Assembly: GCA_016906335.1 (NCBI GenBank)
Contig: JADEYG010000003.1
Location: 558,001-622,000, forward strand
Source of the DNA: Novakomyces olei
Lineage: Eukaryota
DNA: 64,000 nt
Direction of reading: 5' to 3'
The notes below the pieces were generated by a model. The model did no database searches and was not told the DNA's origin. It saw only the letters and a list, made by a program, of their open reading frames with translations. Each line of letters opens with the position of its first letter. The stretch's first letter is position 1. Shown here one piece after another: positions 37,375-47,090 of the stretch. The position numbers and the translations under genes are program-made.

Positions 37375-37569
37375 ATCAGACATGAGTTTTATAGACATTG
37401 CATGAATAAATTAGGTTGCACCAGGTTTGATAAGCTGGCATATCATGAATATATATATATATATATATACATATATATATAAATCTTGAAGACTATCGGT
37501 TTATTTAAAAAAATGAGACAAAAATGAAAATGCTATAAATATTTTTCATTAGAATGTGCATGCTCGATC

Positions 37570-38955
37570 TCAACTAAAGCCAACTCCAGACGGCCGTTTC
37601 TTCCGAGCATTTAATTCTGCGCGTTTGAACTCGTTCACGATAACAGGGACCGACTTGCTCGGCAATAATCCCATCTCAGACACACACACAGAAATAAGCT
37701 TACTGGGGATAATATCATAGAGAAAATAGAGTACTTGCAAACTCGCGTCATCACTCTCAGCACGGAAAAACATGGATAGAGCGTCCGGGTTGATTAGTTC
37801 GTTATTTACCAATGAATCGAGCTGAACCCGCTCTGAAAACTTGTATGATTCACAGAGAACCAGAACAGGAACCCGATTCTCTCGACCAGCAAGAGCTAGC
37901 ATTCCGCTTCCGGCTCGAGAAGAAGCGTACCCATTAGAGAGCATCCCATGAGCAGCCAGCATTATCTTTGTAACGTCAGCCATGCAATAATGTAACGCAG
38001 AAATCAAGGCGTAATGCACTTCAATTTCCTCATCAGACAAAGCCTTAGCCAAGGTTTTGCCTTCATAAAATGGACCAGAATCGAGGACAATAACGCGAAA
38101 CCTTTTGCCCTCTTTCCGAGCAGTTGAAAAGACCCGGCGCAAAAGTGAAGAGTGAGCAAAAGTTAAGATTACGTCACCGTCCTCGATCTTTTCACATGCG
38201 TACTGTGCAATCGCGTTGCCGGGTATACTTATCCTCTCCCTTATAAAAGTGTCAACAGACTCGAGAAGGATTTGCTTGCACTCGTCTTCTCGCAGGGCGA
38301 TATCGAGAATTGATATTTCGAGTTTTAAAAACCGGATAGCCGTGCCCATTCCTACACTCAGAGGGCGGCAGCTTACCAAGTAAGCAATCTGTGCATTCAT
38401 ATACGTCATCAAGTGCCGTGAAAGTGTAGTACCAGGCGGCGTTTGATAGTCACTAATTACCGTCTTGAAGGCTTGCAGCATAGCAAGACAGCGGCTGTTC
38501 GAGCCAAGGCAGCGATAAGACGAGTACATTAACCCTAATTTTAATATGCTGGGATGGATATCTTTACTGGCTGACTGCGTATTCAACCGCTTCCGCGTCT
38601 CCAAGTGGGAGAATAGCGCTAGTGGCCTCGAGCTTTCTGACAGTTTTTCACTGTCTTTCTCTGCCAAGGCCGAATTGCCTTGTCCTGAGGCTGTTGCCAT
38701 CGCTGAATTTCCTGCTGCTGCTCCTGACGCTGCTGCAGTCTGCCTGCCTTTTACGTCTGACGCGGCCGCTGCGCTAGTCGCAGCTGAATTGGACTTGCCT
38801 TGCCCTTCACGATCCTCTTTTTCACGTGCTCTTCGCGCAGCTTTTTCCCGCTTTGCTTTTTGTTTTGCAGATAATTTTTCATCGCCGCCAGTAGCTGACT
38901 TGTCTCCTGAATCATTGCGCTGACTGGCTAACTGCCGCCTGTCTGGCGTGGCCAT
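37570..38955 (-). CDS. GCD2: Translation initiation factor eIF2B delta subunit
   Basis: LFSHL, IHPSILKLG, GSNSRCLAML.AFK.VI.DYQTP, CRPLSVGMGTAIR.LK, VPVLVLCESYKFSERVQLDS...NE. Confidence 0.94.
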   Translation of the reverse strand: MATPDRRQLASQRNDSGDKSATGGDEKLSAKQKAKREKAARRAREKEDREGQGKSNSAATSAAAASDVKGRQTAAASGAAAGNSAMATASGQGNSALAEKDSEKLSESSRPLALFSHLETRKRLNTQSASKDIHPSILKLGLMYSSYRCLGSNSRCLAMLQAFKTVISDYQTPPGTTLSRHLMTYMNAQIAYLVSCRPLSVGMGTAIRFLKLEISILDIALREDECKQILLESVDTFIRERISIPGNAIAQYACEKIEDGDVILTFAHSSLLRRVFSTARKEGKRFRVIVLDSGPFYEGKTLAKALSDEEIEVHYALISALHYCMADVTKIMLAAHGMLSNGYASSRAGSGMLALAGRENRVPVLVLCESYKFSERVQLDSLVNNELINPDALSMFFRAESDDASLQVLYFLYDIIPSKLISVCVSEMGLLPSKSVPVIVNEFKRAELNARKKRPSGVGFS

Positions 38956-39336
38956 TTTGATCAGATAATGACTCAATTGTCTTTTTTAAAAGCCCATTAA
39001 TTTATTTTGCCATTTGCCGTTTCATATTATTATACAGAATTCGGTTTATATTTTCAGTTGAGTTACAACTATAATATTAAAAATATAATTTAAAAATATA
39101 ATATTAAAACCATGATATATTAATATTAATATAATATAAAAATCAATAGTAATATCATTAGAAATATGTGTTATTGTACACAGTGGTATTATTATACCGC
39201 GGAAATCTGTTGTAATAACTCTTGTCATATTCAAAAGATCCTTCTTCCATTCACGCAGACACATTTAACCGGTTTGCGCGAGGAACAGAGCCGGAAAGCG
39301 TCGCGTTGTAAATAAACGCTACGCAGTCTCCTCACA

Positions 39337-39685
39337 ATGATGGGCTTGGCCGGTTACGTGGCCGTATGGTCTACAATGGGTACGGAAGGAACATAATATA
39401 AAACTGCCCAGACTATGCTAACAGGACGAGGCATCGTTACCCGCGCCGTTTTGAACTCGCACCGACAGTCACCTTTCCGGTGGAATGGTATCTATTGGAT
39501 TTTTGAAGGATTGAATGCTGATCATATTTACAGACTACTCCAGTTTTGCTCGATGGGCCGCGGTATGGGCTGGTCTTGGGTACGGATTGTTCCACCACCA
39601 GCGAAACTTGGAGGTCGCCAAACTTGATCGCTTTTATGCTCTGCTTTACTTGCGCGAGCAGCGTGCTAAAGGCATTGCTGTATAG
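39337..39685 (+). CDS. Probable complex I accessory subunit (fungal 14-kDa / NDUFC2-like), 2 introns
   Basis: Spliced MMGLAGYVAVWSTMG(RG)IVTRAVLNSHRQSPFRWND YSSFARWAAVWAGLGYGLFHHQRNLEVAK..LREQRAKGIAV*. Two hydrophobic segments, W..G...R.......PF pattern, basic tail. Confidence 0.6.
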
Positions 39686-40336
39686 ATGTTTGTGAGGTGT
39701 GCTCTTGACCAAGGAATAATTTAAATACTCAATAAGTTTAATACTCTACGACGTAGACCAATGTGCCTATTGTGAAGAAAACTAGATCTCCAAGTAGATT
39801 CGTCTTGGCCGAATGTTTGTGCTTGCTCAGCATGGTTTTATTACACCCAACTGCAATATAAATTGCGCTTTGTTGAATATGCGGCAAGATGCAAGCTGCT
39901 CGCTTTTGACCGTTCAGTAACTCTGGCAAAATTATGGCAAAGTTAGGGGTACACGCCTATTGTAACCAGCTGGCTCAGTTCTCTACATTGACACCAAATC
40001 CATTCAGAGCCAATACTGGGCGGTAGTGCAATAAAATGGTAAAAGAATACGTTGTACTCGAGAGGCTTTGGTCAAGAGTCATTGATTAAGAGTCTCATGT
40101 ATCTGCCAAACGAGACTATGAGAAAGGTAGGGTCGAGCGGTCCCAAAATTACAAATCAAGCTAGGTTTTAAACAAAATGATCATTGAACATACTTAAATT
40201 CCTAGGCGTTTTAGCAATACTTCCGGGACTACACTCCTACTCTATTTCTCGATTCGATTTTTCGTGTTTATAGAACTCTCAAACCAAAATACATTTCAAA
40301 AACCTTATATCATTCAATGCTCTATACATGCGGGTA

Positions 40337-40965
40337 TCACGTAGGCGGCGGCCGAGGCGCCTCGTTCGTCTTTGAAGTACTGTCTTTATTCAACTCCGCC
40401 AGCTCCATCTGCACACATTTAGCCAAATATTAAAGCAAGCGCCTTACTTCAATCCGTTCGAGCGCACGATACGCTTTAGATTGCAGGTAGAAAGAGCCAC
40501 CCTTCTTCGGATCGTTTGCCTCAAAGATATCCTGATACCGCTGACATCTTAGCAACTATAATATCTCCATTTGAAATATTTGTTTTTTTTTATTTAATAT
40601 ATATATATTTTTTTTCATTTTGATTATTTTCTAGTCTTGCCCACAGTACCTTGCGAACGGCTTCTAGATCTGCCTCGCCCTTTTTGACGTTCAAAATTTG
40701 ATGGGCTTCTTCAACACTCATTCCAGTTTTCCGAGTAATATTGTTCTGTACGGATGAAGCACCGGCAGCAGTCGCGCCTTGGCGCGCACTATTGGCCGCT
40801 GCCTGCCGGTACGCTTCCACAAAGGCCTTTCCCACCACTTGTGTGCCGACAATAATAAATTGGCTATTTGCAAATTAGCTTCCCTTGTTAAACAGCCATG
40901 TGAGCTTTACGCTATAATCCTGTGCGCCTACAAAGTTAGCTTTGCGTATTCAGCCGACTTACCAT
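40337..40965 (-). CDS. PAM16: Mitochondrial import motor J-like protein Pam16 (4 introns)
   Basis: M/AHRII/..IVGTQVVGKAFVEAYRQA, GMSVEEAHQILNV, RYQDIFEANDPKKGGSFYLQSKAYRALERIE. Confidence 0.95.
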
Positions 40966-41566
40966 ATTGCTCTGCCGTAGCAATTTTTTCTATACTGCGA
41001 TACACATGAAACTGGCCAAAAATAATATATCTGATCTTTTTGTATTATATGAATAAAGTAGAACACGATTACAAAATACGGCATATAAATTAGCATACCG
41101 CATACGATAAGCTTGCAACTTTCATGGACAAACATTTAAAAGTAACGTTAGAAGCAAACAAGCCTTATCCTGTTAGAATTCAATATAAAATATACATACA
41201 ATTTCTAAAATTATTCGAAAAGGGTCGGGGACAAGGGAAAAGATGATATTGCTAGCGAAAATTTGATTAAACGGTTTCAATGAATACGAATTGCGAATCT
41301 AATTCGACGTAGATGTATTTAGATAAGAAGTTCTAACAATGAGTTGTTATATAATCTGAACTAGTATAGTCATTGAGAAATAATGAAATAAGAATATAAT
41401 ATAGTATCATCTCATATATTATACAATATAATAAAAAGTAATAAAAAGCATTTCTTTATTTTTATACATGATAATTATATTTATTAATATTAGAATTATT
41501 ATGATTTCATAGAAGCGCCGTCATAATTGGGCGCGATTATATGCCACGTAAATACACTCGAACGCT

Positions 41567-42515
41567 ATGGCCGAGGCAAAGGTGGAGTCGGACTCGTTCG
41601 AGCCTATGTGCCGAATATGTTTTGGTGGAAAGGAGGACGAAACTACTCTAGGCCGATTAATCTCACCCTGCCGATGCAAAGGTACGAATTCCCATGATAA
41701 TATCTCTAATATTTTGTTTATAGGCTCGAGTCGATGGATTCACGTTGAATGCTTACAAGAATGGCGGCGGCGGGCGAAAAAGCAGCAAAGCTTTTTCCAG
41801 TGTGACCAGTGCCATTACCGCTACTCCTTCAAACGCACTACTATTGCAACTGTTTTGTTTTCTCCATGTATGCATAGCCGTGCTTTTGTATTCCTTTCAC
41901 GATTGACTTCCTTTAAAATTAAATCTATTTTAACGGTACCGCATCGAGCAGAATGCTAATTCTTCAGCGGTTCAGGCTATAATAACAGCAATTGTAATGC
42001 TGGGTCTCGTTTATTTATGCGGAATTTTGGCAAAGTTAAAGTTATATTATTGGGATACGTCTACGACACCTCGTGGCTTTTTCGAACCTGATCTATTTTC
42101 ACGGACCAGCTACTCAATATCCATTGGACCATTCTCCTTTTCCAATTATGGCAGTGGGTCTGCCCTGCTTGATATTCCCTCTATAGTGGACGATATCGGG
42201 CTACAGAGACCTTCTTCCTTGTTGGAGTGCTTTGCTTTCGATATCGCTCATGTTATTCTTGGCTCTGCCGTTATCGGCATGGCAGGTCTTATAACGTTAG
42301 TTGGCCTTTTCGCAAGCGGCATTCGTGGCTTTGGTCCCATATTCTCGTCTCGTCGAGGGGATCGTGTAGCTGGCCTATCTATTGCGCTTTTGGCTGTTGT
42401 ACTAATAACCGGGTTTGCACGAATCTGCAAAAGTATATGGAGCCTTGTAAATGTGTACACTGCTAGGGTAATGGATTCATGGGGAAACACTATCCTTGAG
42501 GTGAATGACGATTGA
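41567..42515 (+). CDS. RING-CH (RINGv) membrane E3 ligase, MARCH-type (2 introns)
   Basis: CRICF..RLISPCRCK/GSSRWIHVECLQEW..CDQCHY followed by several TM segments. Confidence 0.85.
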
Positions 42516-42729
42516 ATTGATTTAGGTATTATTAACCTGAGTATAAAATCATGAATAAAATATTTGAGCGTAAATTATTTAGCAACAACGTATATTAGAA
42601 AATTGATAGAAGTAGACTCGAGTAACCCTTTGTGGGAAAGTACAACCGAAATCGGACCAGAAGAAATTCGAGTCAAAGGTCAAGAAAATCTTGATAAAAC
42701 TACAGAACTAGAGAAATATTGTTTAAACC

Positions 42730-43500
42730 AAAAAGAAAAAGAAAGTATAGCTCTAATGTTTGCGAGCCTCTGGCATTTGCTATGCCAGCGTCGTCGCGAT
42801 TGGCAGACAACTGAAATGCCCTACCTTTCACTTTAAAGCCTTTTAAGGTTTACAAAGCCATAGGATATTTTATATAAAGTTTAAGCCATGGCCTTCTATT
42901 CATTTTTCTGTATTGTTTTCACAAAATGTCCCAGTGCGCTGTACACGCCCTGCAAAATGACAACAGGGCAAACGCAGCCTCGCTCTGGTCTCCAATGCCG
43001 AATGATAATAATAATAGAAAAAACGTTTCCTTATAAAATCCCAGCAAAAAGGTCCAAAAGGCATGGATCAACACAAAACGTGATGATAATACCTTAAATT
43101 TTGAACACAACGGAATTCAATATCTGCGACATGACTGATTACCTGGCCACGGCAATTTAATACCTTTCAGGTAGGCCGATAACTTAATTAGACGCAAAAC
43201 TGATCAGTCAAATTTTACTGCGTAAAACTAGAGAAATTGATACGAATCAACTGGCCTCTAATATGATCGCTGTAAAACTTAACTGATCAACATGTTTGTT
43301 AAAAAGTCTTCAATTTTATTTTTCAAGAGTACATGAAATGTACTCTTGTAATTTTAGCAAGATTATGTAGGATTTGTCTCGCTTTCGCAAAGTAGACCTT
43401 AGATTATTAAAAAACCATTGTAATCCTACATTAGGATTAGGGTTAGGGTCAATAATTTGACAGCAATATACTCTATAATGGCCAATAGTAACACGTAAAA
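42730..43500 (-). ncRNA. Candidate telomerase RNA (TER/TR); 3' end may extend to ~42560
   Basis: Minus strand: TATAAA (43534-43529), boundary hairpin GUCAA-AUUA-UUGAC (43461-43448), template CCUAACCCUAA (43447-43437), 22/23-bp arm with G-U pairs, pseudoknot with U-run + GCUGGGAUUUU pairing to AAAAUAUCCUAUGGC, core-enclosing helix 43480-43470/42839-42829. Structures paired by eye. Confidence 0.7.
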
Positions 43501-43602
43501 TCTCCCCACGGTAATGACGGTGTGGTACTTTATAGGTGAAATAGACCGGATTTTACCACACGATCGCACTCGTATCCACCACGCACTGTAAATTTGGCCA
43601 GA

Positions 43603-44091
43603 ATGATCCGCTCAGCAATGCGAGTCTCCCGGGCAGCTACTCTTCCTCGATTCTCACGGGTCCCGGCTCCTATGAGATTCGGTGCACGTGCATTTTTCGC
43701 GTCCACAGGTCGATGGGACAAGTACTATACGGAGACGCACGAGTACGTTGACGTTACCGACAACATTGCTACTATCGGAATAAGCGAGTACGCGGCCAAC
43801 TCCCTCGGAGATATCACGTTTATCGAGGTCTCAAAGGACGCCCGTGACGAGGTTTCTCGTGGAGACGAAATTGGAGCCGTTGAAAGCGTTAAAAGTGCGA
43901 GCGATATATACTCTCCAATCACGGGTATCGTGGTTGACGTAAACAAGTCGCTCGAGGACTCGCCCAGCAAGTTGAAAAGCAAAAACGCGGAAAGTACAGG
44001 ATGGCTCTACAAGCTGGAAGTCACGCAAAAGGCAGAATTGGAAGAGCTTTTGACGCCGGCGGATTACAAGTCTCTTTTGCAAGACAGTTAG
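43603..44091 (+). CDS. GCV3: Glycine cleavage system H protein, mitochondrial
   Basis: Arg-rich presequence. YTETHEYV, TIGISEYA..LGDI, lipoyl motif AVESVKSASDIYSP, GWLYK. Confidence 0.95.
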   Translation: MIRSAMRVSRAATLPRFSRVPAPMRFGARAFFASTGRWDKYYTETHEYVDVTDNIATIGISEYAANSLGDITFIEVSKDARDEVSRGDEIGAVESVKSASDIYSPITGIVVDVNKSLEDSPSKLKSKNAESTGWLYKLEVTQKAELEELLTPADYKSLLQDS

Positions 44092-44401
44092 TAATATACT
44101 TTTAGCGATTCTTATAGTGTACACATATTGACATAGCTCAACTTTAGCTCACTGTAAATTGCAGTTGGACTTTTTTGTTTTGTCCAGGGGGTTTTAAATA
44201 TCAATACTTTGACGTTGCTGCATTTTCGGCCTATTATTACAATACCGCACTATATTTATCCATTTAATTGCCGATTTTATTCAGTTTCATCCATTTGTTA
44301 TAACCTATTCCATTGCAACGTTGCTCAAACGTCTCTCGCGCATCTCGTACAAAGACTATCCCAATTCCGATAATCAAACCTTTTGTATTTCTCTAAACTC
44401 A

Positions 44402-46246
44402 CTATAATTCAATGCCGCTCATATCACATTTTTCCTTCTCCGTATCCGCCTCCAAATTGCGAAAAAAGGATTGTGCCTTCTTCTGCACAAGCAGTCTCCC
44501 CTCCAATTCACGTCTTTGGCCCTCCATACTATCCACAGATCGTTGAAACGCAGCTCTTAAATGCTCTTCTGGGTACCGTAACACTTTCCTCACTTCCCCA
44601 GAAATCCGATTAGTCTGGTACTGAACGAAATCCGTATCATCCAGTATTGTGCGAACTTTTGCCGCCAGTTTCCTGGGCACTGCATTTGGAACATCAGCCA
44701 CGAAAAAGACGAGAGCACCTGCTGCCAGGGCTCCGGCAAAAACGGGAACAATACTTCGCGCAGAGGATTTAACGCCAAAGTACCGGACTGTTTGTTGCAG
44801 GATTGTATGAAAGGATGAAAAGTACCTTTCACCCAGTAATAAGGAGGCCGACAGGGAAAGCGAAACTGCTCCCAGCCTTTCAGATTGATCCAAGTTTACG
44901 TAGTCAAACATGCCAATATCCACATGTAATTGAGCCCGTTCTCGGCGTTTCGAAAACATCAACTGTGGACGGAAAGGCTTAAGGCTAAAGTCTCTGATTT
45001 TCGATAAGCCTATTGTCTGAATAGCTTGAACTGCCGCTGTAGTCCGTGTTCTCGCGTAATCTTCACACGAAACAATACGGCCATTTACGCGCTCAAGGAT
45101 CTCTTGTCGTACTGCATCAGCATATTGTTTAGCCGCCCAAAGGCCTTTGTATTCTGCTACTATTCCATTGTCTAGTGTTGAAATCGCTTGATTTAAAGAG
45201 CGACGAGTGTTTACAGCGACTTGACCAACCGTCCGCTCCAGTATCATTTGCGTTTCCGTCGCAATATTGGCCCTGTCATGAACGTGCTCTTCAAGTTTGG
45301 GCTGTAGAGCATCTAGTTGCAGTTTTAATTGCTTTAATTCGTCTTCAGACCCGTCCTTTGAATTTGCACAAATCTTGCAAATATCCTCCAGCAAGTTTAC
45401 AATATAGTTTTTAGCCGGTAAAAGTTTGGACTTTGCCCTATTGTTTAGCACAAAACTTCGCAGAGAGGCCTCCATCTGGGCGAAAAGCCGCTTATACTCC
45501 TCACGACCAGGCTGATCAAGGTCCTTGGAGGCAACGAAATGCACAAGGTCTTGAGACTCACCGTAAGTCTGTGGTGAAAGACGGGCTAACTGTTCGGAAA
45601 TAAGTCGCTGACAGCGTTCTTTATTGCGGATTCCATCAAATTTGTTTACAACGATAAAAATATGGCTTTTCTCGTGCGCCGACGACCATATGAACTCTTT
45701 TGCACTTAGTGTAAAATGGTTCTCAGCGGAAACAACAAACACAATAACGTCAATTTCTTCTTGTCGGGAAAAGATCGACGTAGTTTGCATGGTTGAAGTA
45801 TTCAATCCGGGAGCATCAATCAGCGTGATATCCACGACACCGTTGTGAAGGATAGACTGGTCAATAGACCTACTATCCTTGACAAAGACTTTTACTAATT
45901 TCCATGATTGTGAATCGAGAATTACATTGTCAATTTCGTCCAGTTTAAACTCGGTATAGGTATCCGGGTCACTTTGAACGTATTCTTTATCGTGAGGCAC
46001 AGCATGAGCCGTTTCGACGCCTCCGTTGCGACGTGCATCCAGAATCTCACAGAATACTTCAGTACACGGCTGCTGATCGGTGGGCAAGACATCACGATGG
46101 ATTAGCTGATTGCAAAGTGTAGATTTGCCCGCGTTTAAATCGCCGGTAATGAGAACTTTGGATGAGCGGTCTTGAATGCGTTCGTACAATGCATCAAGGT
46201 GCGTTTTGATCTGCGGTTAGAAAGGACAAACAAACAAACAAACAAA

Positions 46247-46293
<47 letters not shown>

Positions 46294-46834
46294 CATAAGT
46301 TCTAAATTCTACCTTGTTCATGTGTTTTGTCAGCAGCTTTGTAACAGCAGAGCCATCCAACGACTCGGCCAGCTGACCCTCACGAGTGTAGCCCATGCGC
46401 AGATTTAGATCCAAGATTCGCAGAGCGTCGGGTGATATATTCTCTCTATCAGCCTGCAGCCCTGCAGCTGGCTCAATAGTACTTGATCGAGCAAGCACTG
46501 GTCTGGTATCTAATATGACGTTGGGATCAGCTGTCTCTGATCGACGAAGCGCCTGTCTTCGAGACGTCACACTTTGCTCTGGAGAGTAAGGCAGTCTGAT
46601 ATTCCCATCGTACTCAATCAGCCTTGTCAAAAGGCCCTCGGAGCGACTTATACTCTGCAATAACTGCTGCCTGTGATCATTAAAGAGAAGTGTGTTTGTG
46701 ATGGCCGCTCCCTGAGCATCAAGGCCTTCGGCTCTCGCTTGAGAGCGAAGTAGATCATCAGGGAAGACCATTACGGGCGGTGTCGCCGTGCTTGGAGACA
46801 CGACTGATTCGGAGAAGCCAGAATCGCGATCCAT
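44402..46834 (-). CDS. FZO1: Mitofusin GTPase Fzo1 (1 intron ~46211-46312)
   Basis: LRILDLNLRMG, RIQDRSSKVLITGDLNAGKST, LPTDQQPCT, LIDAPGLN, RQEEIDVIVFVVSAENHFT, VVNKFD, C-terminal TM segments plus coiled coil. Confidence 0.95.
46226..46292. repeat. Intronic (ACAA)n(ATAA)n microsatellite in FZO1
   Basis: Compound 4-bp repeat filling most of the intron. Confidence 0.9.
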
Positions 46835-47090
46835 ATTAGCGTAGAACTGCAAAAGACGTTCAATTTCGTCTAAAGCTGCATTTTATTATGTGCCTTAAAG
46901 CACTATTCAGCAGTATGTCATGTGAAGCCGAATAAATGGAATTGTCGGGCTCACTCAAGGGCTAATTTTATGGTATGACATGGCTTAATAATATAACATT
47001 CTACGATAAACCTTTAAGAAGGCTAAAATGATAAATAATGTATACAGTGAGTAAATCTGGTAAAAACCGGAATAAAATAAAATAAAATAA

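Noticed and set aside
42628-42640. P6.1-like CUUU-GUGGG-AAAG hairpin
   Set aside because: It is on the plus strand, opposite to the template-bearing strand, so it cannot be part of the same RNA.
42564-43110. Short ORFs in the RING-CH/GCV3 gap
   Set aside because: 60-90 codons, mostly non-ATG starts, no motifs. Better explained by the structured RNA.
43080-43138. Plus-strand GTGATGA...CTGA C/D-like snoRNA
   Set aside because: Only ~59 nt with no recognisable guide. G-U pairing in the region favours a minus-strand RNA.
17417-46834. Apparent cluster of mitochondrial genes, and of telomere-related ELG1/PIF1/TR
   Set aside because: They are interspersed with unrelated genes and share no regulatory signal. 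Cannot be distinguished from chance without genome-wide statistics.
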